Of a stretch of DNA of 64,000 bases, positions 8,400 through 16,466 are shown one piece after another. Source of the DNA: Cyanophyceae cyanobacterium (GTDB taxonomy: Bacteria; Cyanobacteriota; Cyanobacteriia; Cyanobacteriales; JBHJGN01); assembly GCA_050331735.1 (NCBI GenBank), contig JBHJGN010000001.1, positions 32,001 through 96,000 of the forward strand, read 5' to 3'. The notes below the pieces were generated by a model. That model had not been told where the DNA came from. It did not search any database and worked only from the letters and a program-made list of their open reading frames with translations. Positions within the stretch are counted from its first letter, which is position 1, and every line of letters starts with the position of its first letter. The translations under genes and the position numbers were made by a program.

Positions 8400-10517
8400 C
8401 TAATACCTCCGTTCTCTTTCCCCTTTCCCCTTTTCCCGTTGCGGAGCAACAGTTTCCCTGCCCCCTCCCGCAGGGACCAACGGCCTAGACGCATGCACCA
8501 ACGGCAGTAAGGGTCCGGTCTGTTCGGTGCCGTTAACTCCCAAATCGCTGTGGCACAGAAACACTCTTTCCTCGACCCGCCCAAGAACATCCTTGAGGAT
8601 ACGCTGCAAACGCTGTTGGTCCGCCTCTAGCTGCTCTTCCGATGTCCACCGATGCCCAGACCATCCCCTCAGAAACAGCGGTGCGGCAAACAACGTCGCC
8701 GCGCCGCCCTTCTCCCAAAGACTCGATGAGGCATCTAGCCAAAACTGCCAGCGGTGGGCGCTCCGCCGCGAGCGGTACTGAAAGATGGTGGCCATCATCA
8801 CCGCGCCCTGGTCGCCAAACGAACGCGTTGGGCGTGGATTGGCGGTAATGGTTCCCCGGCGCAATAGCTGCACAAACTGGGCCACCGTTGCCGTTGCCGA
8901 CTGGAAACTCGGCTCGTTCTGCCGCAGTCGGCGGTCTACCTCCCAGTAGTGCTGAGCGGTTTCCATCAGTTCGCGGAGGGCAGAGAGCTGGTCGTAGGCA
9001 CAATAGCTGCTGAGAAACCGCTCGCTGGCCTGGTTCAACAACGCGATCGCACTGGTAGGCTTCGGTAGCGCTTTGGCCCATTTTAGCCACTCCACAATCT
9101 CTTGATAAGCAGCCGTAGCGCGGTGTCCGAGGCGGTCCCAGCGCGGAAATGCTTCGACCGCTAGCAGGCGCGGCTGTTCTGGATCGACCTGGTAGCAATA
9201 ATCGGCTAGTAACCCAGCTCGAACGGGGTCTATCCTGGGTGCTAATCGTCCCGGCTCGGCATCGTTATCTTGACTCAGCATTACTAGCATTTCAGCGACT
9301 GCATCTCGATCTACTAAACGTCCTAACCCCGGATACACCAGCGATAGTAACGTCAGCAGAGCGCGAATCAGCGGCGAACTGGCCAGAGGACGCTGTTCGT
9401 TGAGCGGCTCAACGGGAATACCGTGACCAGAGAGAATTTCAATGAGGGTATAGCGAGCAATTTCGTCTAAACCAGGAGCAATAATGACAATTTCTGAGGG
9501 TTCGACGGCTCCGGTTGTCACTCCGTGGGCGATTGTCGCGGCAGTTTCGCGCAGCAGTTCGGCGCGAGAGATAGTCTGAATCGACTGCACCGAGGCTGGT
9601 AGACTGACGAGAATTGGCTCTGTGACCAAGGCAACAGCAGTTTGGGGCAAGTCATCCTTCTCTAAAGAAAGGGTTATCTGTTGACAGCGAGACGCTAAGC
9701 TCGCTAGGTACTCCGGATCGGCCCCTAAACCAAGCCGGACCTGAGAGTTGGGGTTATAGGTAAACACGCCCCAGGCTTTCTGGTCGAGCAGAAAATCAAA
9801 CAAATCTTTAGCAATGGCCGGGTAGTCATCTACATCATCAGCAAAGACGGCCCGATAGCGATGGGAAAGATGTTGCTGATAGGTCGGGTCTGGAAGGAGG
9901 TAACGCCAGTACAGTTCGTACATCAGACCGTAGGTGAGCAAGCCTCGATGCAGGCACCACTGCCGCCATGACCTCAGCAGCGCTTCCTCATCAAGAGCCA
10001 CAGCAGGTGATCGCTCTTCGTCTAGTCCCTGCTCAAGAATAGTTCCAATCTGCTCGGCCTCAATTCCGCTGGCTCCCGCTAGCTGGAAGAGATCGAGTAA
10101 GCGGCGGACCAGGCGATATTGAGGAATGTCGGTAAGCTGAAGCTGCTCTAGCGGCTCTCGCCACAGTTGCGTTGCCAGTTCCTGCTCTGTTTCAGGACGC
10201 AGCCGGACCGGGAATTGAGCTTTCAGATTCAGCTTGTTAAATAGCAGCGGCCAAAACAAAATTACTTCATCGGAAATAAATCCCAGAGGCGTTTTCGAGA
10301 TCGCTGGATAACTTCCTTCGATGGCTGTCGAGAGGCGGTCGGCTAGGTTTTGACGACACTCGTCATTGGCTGCCAGAACTAACACCGCCGCTGTCATCTG
10401 CTTCGCGGGATGTTTGCTTCTGCTCCCCTTCACCCACCGACGAAACTCCTGCACCAACCGACTGGTTTTGCCAGTGCGCGTAGCTCCGGTAATCCAAACT
10501 GATAAAAGCAGCACCAT
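8400..10517 (-). CDS. Cyanobacterial degenerate superfamily-I (UvrD/AddB-like) P-loop protein of unknown function
   Basis: 705 aa; N-terminal Walker A GATRTGKT, altered Walker B VFADDVDDY, and a PSEIVIIAP segment as in UvrD-like folds. The C-terminus runs into a repeat element. Confidence 0.65.
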   Translation of the reverse strand: MVLLLSVWITGATRTGKTSRLVQEFRRWVKGSRSKHPAKQMTAAVLVLAANDECRQNLADRLSTAIEGSYPAISKTPLGFISDEVILFWPLLFNKLNLKAQFPVRLRPETEQELATQLWREPLEQLQLTDIPQYRLVRRLLDLFQLAGASGIEAEQIGTILEQGLDEERSPAVALDEEALLRSWRQWCLHRGLLTYGLMYELYWRYLLPDPTYQQHLSHRYRAVFADDVDDYPAIAKDLFDFLLDQKAWGVFTYNPNSQVRLGLGADPEYLASLASRCQQITLSLEKDDLPQTAVALVTEPILVSLPASVQSIQTISRAELLRETAATIAHGVTTGAVEPSEIVIIAPGLDEIARYTLIEILSGHGIPVEPLNEQRPLASSPLIRALLTLLSLVYPGLGRLVDRDAVAEMLVMLSQDNDAEPGRLAPRIDPVRAGLLADYCYQVDPEQPRLLAVEAFPRWDRLGHRATAAYQEIVEWLKWAKALPKPTSAIALLNQASERFLSSYCAYDQLSALRELMETAQHYWEVDRRLRQNEPSFQSATATVAQFVQLLRRGTITANPRPTRSFGDQGAVMMATIFQYRSRRSAHRWQFWLDASSSLWEKGGAATLFAAPLFLRGWSGHRWTSEEQLEADQQRLQRILKDVLGRVEERVFLCHSDLGVNGTEQTGPLLPLVHASRPLVPAGGGRETVAPQREKGKGERERRY
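8411..8478. repeat. Purine-run/mini-hairpin repeat copy translated as the C-terminus of the 705-aa gene
   Basis: Minus strand GTTGCTCCGCAACGGG is identical to 63437-63452; it encodes ...GGGRETVAPQREKGKGERE. Confidence 0.7.
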
Positions 10518-10713
10518 TTCCCTTCAGTTAGTTTGATAGCATTTTTGCTACATTCAGTATGATGTTTTTGGTCGTCTTCATCACCTTAACAGCTTGTCAA
10601 GAGCAGCAAGCAGCAAATTAACTGACTCCCGGCTGTCTTCTCTTCTACAGTTAAAGCTGGGAGGTTTTCACTATCTCCAACCGACATCTATTGTTAAAAC
10701 TGTAGCAGTTTCA

Positions 10714-12063
10714 ATGATTAATGCTATTTTTCGGGTTGCTAAGCAATGGTTTTCTGATACGCCAGAAAGTTCCTTGGAGCAGGCCTATCAAGCAGCTCTC
10801 ACGGTCAAAGCTATCGAAGAACAACACTTCAACGGTCAACAAGTTTCTCAATTCCCTAACTACAGCGAAAGTGTCGCTGCTTATTTTCAAGCAGAAGTCA
10901 AGAAATATGTCAAGATAGCCCGAATTAAGCTGGCCGAGTTTCAGGCTAGTAGCTCACTCCCGCTCACTCCAACCAGCAAAACAGGAACCCGCACTGCTCT
11001 AAGAACCAACAGCTTAGAATCCTCTAGCCGGGAATATTCTGCGATTTTAGAGAAGCTAAAATTGATTGACAGCGTTATCTCGAAATATTCTCACGAAGAG
11101 ATAGCAAGCGGCACTTCTCCTCGGGCTCAGGCTGACAAGCTTGGCAAAATAGCTCAGAGTCAAGGCAAATTAAGACCCCCCAGTAGCCAAATTAGCTTGC
11201 AGAACAAAAAGATTAGTAGAGCTAAGGTTGAGCATGAAGCAAGCATGGAAACCGTTACGGATAAAACAGGAGTTCTCCCGCGCTCTTTCTTAAGAACATT
11301 TAATAGAATTAAGCAGGAAATAGATCCTAATTCAGAAGAGACAGAAGAAAAAGTTCTGAAAAAATTTAGAACCTCTAGAAACAAAACAACCGTCTCTGTC
11401 AAATTCTTTTTGCTGCTAATTATTATTCCACTGCTAACGCATCAGGTCACTAAAGCCTTTATTGTTAGTCCCATTGTTGAATACTATTTTGCTAGACACC
11501 CGCAGATCGTGTTTGTCAATCAAGACTTGCAAGAAGAAGCTTTTATCGAGCTACAGAGATTTGAAGAGGGATTGCGCTTCAAAAGCTTGCTCGGTTTAGC
11601 TCCTAATTTTACAGCAGAAAAAGCCGAGGAGCAGCTCAGAGAAAAAGCAACGGAAGTTGCCGAAAATTTCCGCCATCGAGGAGCAGATGCCGTAGAGAAT
11701 ATTTTTGCCGACATTTTTTCGCTGGCGGCCTTTGCGACAATTATTTATACAAGCAAAAAAGAAATCTTAATTGTTAAATCATTTCTGGATGAGATTATCT
11801 ACGGACTCAGTGATTCTGCCAAAGCTTTTCTAATTATTCTCTTAACGGATATGTTCGTTGGCTATCACTCTCCGCACGGCTGGGAAGTCATTCTAGAGGG
11901 CGTTAGTCGGCACTTCGGTCTCCCAGAAAACCGAGAGTTTAATTTTCTCTTTATTGCTACTTTTCCAGTTATCTTAGATACAGTATTAAAGTATTGGATC
12001 TTTCGCTACCTCAACCGGATTTCTCCGTCTGCTGTTGCTACCTACAGAAATATGAATGAGTAA
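10714..12063 (+). CDS. pxcA: Proton extrusion protein PxcA (CemA family)
   Basis: LEQAYQAALxxKAIEEQHF N-terminus; C-terminal CemA motifs GLSDSAKAF, GYHSPHGWE and KYWIFRYLNRISPS. Start moved to ATG 10714. Confidence 0.93.
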   Translation: MINAIFRVAKQWFSDTPESSLEQAYQAALTVKAIEEQHFNGQQVSQFPNYSESVAAYFQAEVKKYVKIARIKLAEFQASSSLPLTPTSKTGTRTALRTNSLESSSREYSAILEKLKLIDSVISKYSHEEIASGTSPRAQADKLGKIAQSQGKLRPPSSQISLQNKKISRAKVEHEASMETVTDKTGVLPRSFLRTFNRIKQEIDPNSEETEEKVLKKFRTSRNKTTVSVKFFLLLIIIPLLTHQVTKAFIVSPIVEYYFARHPQIVFVNQDLQEEAFIELQRFEEGLRFKSLLGLAPNFTAEKAEEQLREKATEVAENFRHRGADAVENIFADIFSLAAFATIIYTSKKEILIVKSFLDEIIYGLSDSAKAFLIILLTDMFVGYHSPHGWEVILEGVSRHFGLPENREFNFLFIATFPVILDTVLKYWIFRYLNRISPSAVATYRNMNE

Positions 12064-12286
12064 TGGGGGTTCTTGATGCGATTGCTAGGGAAGAGAGCTT
12101 CAATCCCTTGATACATCATATTCTAAGACGGCGATCTGGCTGATTGAGTTGTGTGGCCCTCAACTAGGCCTGCTGGCCATCAACAACGAATCACCAGCGA
12201 TTTTTCGGCTCTATTCTACTCCATTTAGTAACGCCAAGAGATAAATTGTCAGTTAATTTAAACTATGCTCGATCACTCTTATAGAT

Positions 12287-12295
12287 TGCTATAGT
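12287..12295 (+). promoter_or_regulatory. Extended -10 element upstream of the 31-aa ORF
   Basis: TGCTATAGT about 25 nt before ATG 12321. Confidence 0.4.
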
Positions 12296-12320
12296 AGACA
12301 AGGCTTGAATAAAGATTATT

Positions 12321-12416
12321 ATGTCTCCCCACGATCTACTCCTGTTGGTTCTGTTGCTCAGTCCCGGTCTGCTGCTGTCGGTGCTGGTGATGCTGACTTT
12401 TGCCAAGGGTGGCTAG
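12321..12416 (+). CDS. 31-aa single-TM micro-protein MSPHDLLLLVLLLSPGLLLSVLVMLTFAKGG (Norf4-like)
   Basis: ATG to TAG, below the ORF-track cutoff; one hydrophobic helix with a central PG and an FAKGG end. Resembles my recollection of Synechocystis Norf4. Confidence 0.7.
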   Translation: MSPHDLLLLVLLLSPGLLLSVLVMLTFAKGG

Positions 12417-12462
12417 CGCTAATAGAGAACTAGCTGATTCTGCGACCGTGTTCTGAACCCAG

Positions 12463-12810
12463 TTATGATTCTTCGCTATCGTTTTTGACATTGAGAGAGT
12501 TAGAGTCAGACAGCGTTTCTTCTAAATCCCGACGCTGTTCCATCTGCCGCAGAAAATACCCCGTCATCATCGCGGAGGCTAGCAAATTAGCGAGGTTCTC
12601 TCGATTGGTCGTGACGTGGACATTAAAATTCTCCATCGGCAGCATCCCTACGAGGCCGCGAACGTTCTGAGAAATAATTTGTTTAATTTCTGGGCTGGCC
12701 GATTGAGCCACCTGCGCTAAAATTTCTGGATGCTGTTGCTGAAGATACTGCCAAAGAGTATTACTTTGCTGTTCTGGGTCAGAATTAAAAAAATCAGCGT
12801 CAAAAAACAT
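12463..12810 (-). CDS. DUF760 family protein
   Basis: LWQYLQ...SPEIKQIISQNVRGLVGMLP...ENLANLLASAMMTGYFLRQMEQR pattern. Confidence 0.85.
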   Translation of the reverse strand: MFFDADFFNSDPEQQSNTLWQYLQQQHPEILAQVAQSASPEIKQIISQNVRGLVGMLPMENFNVHVTTNRENLANLLASAMMTGYFLRQMEQRRDLEETLSDSNSLNVKNDSEES

Positions 12811-12880
12811 GTAGATCTTCGGTGATACACAGAGATATTTCTATTTTACTGTACCGAATAGGAAGCCGAAGTCCGAAAAA

Positions 12881-13405
12881 CTAACTAACGTGAGGTTTAA
12901 TTGGGGTAGCTTCTTGAGTGGCTTGGGTATCCAGCTCAAAATACTGGTGAAACTTATCCGTTAACTCTAGCCAGTAAGAACGGCCATCAGCTTGACGGCG
13001 TTTGCGCACAAACCCAAGCTGCACTAGCTCCTGAATTTGTCCGTAGGCACTGCTCCCCCGGAGTTCAATCAAAGCCGTTTGTAGGACGGGAGATTTCAGG
13101 GCGATCGCCGCGAGCGTTCTTAGAGTACCAGTACCGAGTTCTGCTGGCACCAAATTATGCAGCAGCCCCGCAAACGGCGGACGTAACTGGAGAGCATATC
13201 CCCGAGAAGTTTCGACCACTTCTAAAGCGCTGTCTCGATGGGCATAATCTGCCATCAGCTCAATCAGGGCGGCTTCTGTGGCCGGGCGATCGCTCTGCAC
13301 GTACTGGGCAATTTCTGCTAGAGAAAGAGGCTGTCCTTTGAGGTACAGCACCGCTTCAATACGAGTAGCTAATCGCAACTTCTGCCTCCATAGACGCTCA
13401 CTCAA
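12881..13405 (-). CDS. scpB: SMC-Scp complex subunit ScpB
   Basis: IEAVLYLKGQPLS, LRTLAAIA, LRGSSAY and TDKFHQYF motifs. Confidence 0.9.
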   Translation of the reverse strand: MSERLWRQKLRLATRIEAVLYLKGQPLSLAEIAQYVQSDRPATEAALIELMADYAHRDSALEVVETSRGYALQLRPPFAGLLHNLVPAELGTGTLRTLAAIALKSPVLQTALIELRGSSAYGQIQELVQLGFVRKRRQADGRSYWLELTDKFHQYFELDTQATQEATPIKPHVS

Positions 13406-13583
13406 TTAAGCCTTAATTTATCAGTAGACGCTGAGCGGTGACCAGTGGCCAGACCAAGTAGCTTACTGCTCACTCTGGCATTGCTGCCCATCGTCATAAT
13501 TGCCTAGACCAAACTCGTTTAAAGACAATCCCCCATCAACAATTATCCCACCTAATCCTTACCGCTCCAGCAACCCCCTTACT

Positions 13584-14429
13584 CTAACCAAGCTGTCTGC
13601 CAGTTAACTCGACGAAAATATCTTCTAAGTTAGATTCGCGACTCATCATGCCCGTTTTATCCGGCTGGGAGTCAAGATAACGATGAGCTGCGGCGAGATC
13701 GGCAAAGAATTTGTATTCTAAACGGTCGCCTCCTTGCACGACGAGTCCCTTGCCGTAGCGAGAGCGCAGGGCTTCAGGAGTCCCCAACTCGATCAGTCGT
13801 CCCGCATTCATAATGCCAAGGCGATCGCACAAAAATTCGGCCTCTTCCATGTAGTGAGTGGTCAGTACAATGGTCATTCCTTGGCGATTAAGATCTCGAA
13901 TGATTTCCCACAGACGACGACGAGTTTGTGGATCTAAACCAACAGTAGGTTCGTCTAAAAAGAGCACCTGGGGATAATGCAGCAGCGCTCTTGCAATCTG
14001 CAAGCGGCGCTTCATCCCGCCAGAAAGAGTTTTAGCAAGGGCATCCCGGCGCTCGGTTAGCTCTACATACTCTAGCCATTGCTCAATTAACTGCTGCCGT
14101 CTCGGATGCGGAATATGGTGCATACGCCCGTGAAACTCCATGTTCTCCCACACCGAGAGGTCGCCGTCAACGCTAGTTTGCTGCAAAACAACCCCGATGT
14201 TCTGTTTAATCTTGGCTGGTTGACTAATCGGGAATCCCGCTACCTCAATCTGACCTTGAGTTGGCTTGGTCAGAGTAATCAACATCCGAATCGTGGTTGT
14301 TTTTCCGGCTCCATTAGGACCGAGTAAGCCAAACATTTCTCCAGCTTCAATTGAGAAAGACAAACCATCGACGACTGGAACCTGTTTATAGAGCTTGTAA
14401 ACGTCTTTAAGAACAACAGCGGCAACCAT
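13584..14429 (-). CDS. ABC-2 (DrrA/NodI-like) exporter ATP-binding protein; no permease adjacent
   Basis: GPNGAGKT, LSGGMKRR, LFLDEPTVGLDP, TTHYMEEA and NLEDIFVELTG. Confidence 0.88.
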   Translation of the reverse strand: MVAAVVLKDVYKLYKQVPVVDGLSFSIEAGEMFGLLGPNGAGKTTTIRMLITLTKPTQGQIEVAGFPISQPAKIKQNIGVVLQQTSVDGDLSVWENMEFHGRMHHIPHPRRQQLIEQWLEYVELTERRDALAKTLSGGMKRRLQIARALLHYPQVLFLDEPTVGLDPQTRRRLWEIIRDLNRQGMTIVLTTHYMEEAEFLCDRLGIMNAGRLIELGTPEALRSRYGKGLVVQGGDRLEYKFFADLAAAHRYLDSQPDKTGMMSRESNLEDIFVELTGRQLG

Positions 14430-14544
14430 AGAATTAACTTTTCAGAGAAGTGTGGGGAAAGAACAAAGGGACAAGCAAGCGCTTTAAGCAAGCCTTGAGG
14501 AGCAGCTCAATCCTGAATGACCATTTATAATCTACAATCTTCTG

Positions 14545-14814
14545 CTATTCAATAATGCTCGCTTCCCAATCGCTGTCTGGATACTCAATTTCCCGGAGAG
14601 TTTTCCAACCTGAATGCCAGAGAGCCTCATCTTTAAGCTGTTTGGCATTGACCCAAAACCGCACACTGGGGTCGCAAGAGGCCACCATCTCAGCAAATAC
14701 CCACTGGCCCTGATTTTTCCGGTTGATCACCTGAAAATGACGCCAGCCCCAGGTTTTTTGTCTGGCAGTCCACTTGGAGCCGAGGAGATGAGGAAATTTG
14801 AGTTTTTTCGTCAT
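14545..14814 (-). CDS. Trp-rich conserved protein (TIGR02450-like)
   Basis: LLGSKWTA...WRHFQV...LKDEALWHSGW. Start moved to ATG 14814 because the longer ORF overlaps the divergent wza. Confidence 0.8.
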   Translation of the reverse strand: MTKKLKFPHLLGSKWTARQKTWGWRHFQVINRKNQGQWVFAEMVASCDPSVRFWVNAKQLKDEALWHSGWKTLREIEYPDSDWEASIIE

Positions 14815-14989
14815 TTTCACTATTGCGTCGCTACTATAGGTTATGACTATCAGGAAAGCAAGATCCTCGTAAAGAGGGGCTAGGACTGCCTCAAAAGTAT
14901 TAGCAAAATTATTTTTTGCCGCCAATTCGGTCATTAATAGTGTTAATCTAATCGCAATTGTGCATACCAATCACTTCGACAGTTGTTCT

Positions 14990-16411
14990 ATGAGGTTCTT
15001 CGCTGTTTTTAGTTTATCGGCTCAGTGGCTCCCCACGGCTGGCCTTCTGCTGAGTGCTTCCTTCTTGCCGCCAACCCTAGCTCAGCCTGCCCCAGCCCTG
15101 CCCTCTCTCGGCGCAAGCGTTAATTCGGTAGAAACCGACTATACGCTAGGGGCGGGCGATCGCCTCCGCATTGATATTTTGCAGGTTGAAGAGTTCAGCG
15201 GCGAATATCTGGTATTGGTCGATGGCACCATCAGCTTACCTCTAGTTGGCAGAATTCAGGCCGAAGGACAAACAATTCCGCAGGTTTCTACGGCTGTTAG
15301 TCAGGCCTACACTCAGTACTTAAAGCGTCCCGTTGTTACCGTTAGTCTGCTGTCGCCTCGTCCTCTTAAGCTCGCTATTTCTGGAGAAGTCAATCGCCCC
15401 GGTTCCTATACGGTCGATCTTAACGAGACGGGAAAATTTCCCTCGGTAACCGATTTAATTAGGCAAGCCGGAGGATTGAGAGCTACGGCGAATATTCGTT
15501 CTGTTCAGGTGCGCCGCTTTCTAGAGGGCAGAGAACAGGTTTTAAACGTTAACCTGTGGGAGCTTCTCGAACAGGGAAATCTGGCTCAGGATGTGACTCT
15601 GCGCGATGGAGATACCGTCATCATTCCGACCCAAGACAGAATTGATGTTGCAGAAACGTTCCAGCTTGCCGATGCCAGCTTCGGTATCGCCACTAATCAG
15701 CCCGTCAACGTTGCCGTTGTCGGCGAGGTTAACCGTCCTGGGTCTTACCAGGTAACGCCCCAGCAGATCACAAGAGACACCGGACAAAGCGTTCCGCTAC
15801 CGCCTAGACTCACTCAGGCAGTTGCCCAAGCTGGAGGCATTGAACCGCTAGCTGACGTTCGTAACGTTGAGGTTCGTCGCTTAACTCGCTCTGGGGCGGT
15901 GCAAACGATTGAGGTCAATCTTTGGGAGCTGCTTCAATCAGGCAACACCTATGAAGATGTCATTCTCCAAGAGGGCGATACCATTGTGATTCCTACCGCT
16001 ACAGACCTCGACCCAGAAGAAGCCGAATCATTAGCATCAGCAAGCTTCGCTCCAGAAACAATTCAGGTCAACGTAGTCGGTGAAGTAGAAAACCCCGGCG
16101 TTGTCCAAGTTGACCCCAATACGCCCCTCAATCAGGCACTGCTCGCCGCCGGCGGATTTGACGAGCAAAGAGCCGACGAAAGTGAAGTCGAACTCATTCG
16201 CCTCAATCCAAACGGAACAGTCTCTAAACGAGAGGTAAACATCGATTTGTCTGCTGGGATCAACGAGGAAACTAACCCCACCTTACGCAATAACGACGTG
16301 GTTGTGGTAGAGCGCTCCGGATTTACTCAGGCAACGGATGTTTTAGGAAATGTCTTAAGACCCGTTGTGAATGCATTTACGCTATTTCAGCTATTTGGAG
16401 TCGATTTCTAA
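14990..16411 (+). CDS. wza: Polysaccharide export protein Wza/OPX with SLBB repeats
   Basis: YTLGAGDRL...DGTISLPLVG Poly_export domain followed by three GEVxxPG SLBB modules; signal peptide. Confidence 0.88.
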   Translation: MRFFAVFSLSAQWLPTAGLLLSASFLPPTLAQPAPALPSLGASVNSVETDYTLGAGDRLRIDILQVEEFSGEYLVLVDGTISLPLVGRIQAEGQTIPQVSTAVSQAYTQYLKRPVVTVSLLSPRPLKLAISGEVNRPGSYTVDLNETGKFPSVTDLIRQAGGLRATANIRSVQVRRFLEGREQVLNVNLWELLEQGNLAQDVTLRDGDTVIIPTQDRIDVAETFQLADASFGIATNQPVNVAVVGEVNRPGSYQVTPQQITRDTGQSVPLPPRLTQAVAQAGGIEPLADVRNVEVRRLTRSGAVQTIEVNLWELLQSGNTYEDVILQEGDTIVIPTATDLDPEEAESLASASFAPETIQVNVVGEVENPGVVQVDPNTPLNQALLAAGGFDEQRADESEVELIRLNPNGTVSKREVNIDLSAGINEETNPTLRNNDVVVVERSGFTQATDVLGNVLRPVVNAFTLFQLFGVDF

Positions 16412-16466
16412 CGGACTAGCTAGTCTAAATGTAATGTGAGGATACTGAGGAGTGAAAGAGTGACGA

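Noticed and set aside
8533..9198. 221-aa alternative-frame ORF, and the many other shadow ORFs inside well-supported genes
   Set aside because: Entirely nested in a longer CDS, with Arg/Pro/Ser-rich composition and no motifs.
13584..14429. Calling the ABC ATPase ccmA (heme export)
   Set aside because: Motifs fit DrrA/NodI-type ABC-2 ATPases, and no ccmB or ccmC is present.
14815..14970. Long N-terminus of the Trp-rich ORF
   Set aside because: Covers the divergent promoter region and overlaps the wza ORF; the family motif begins at MTKK.
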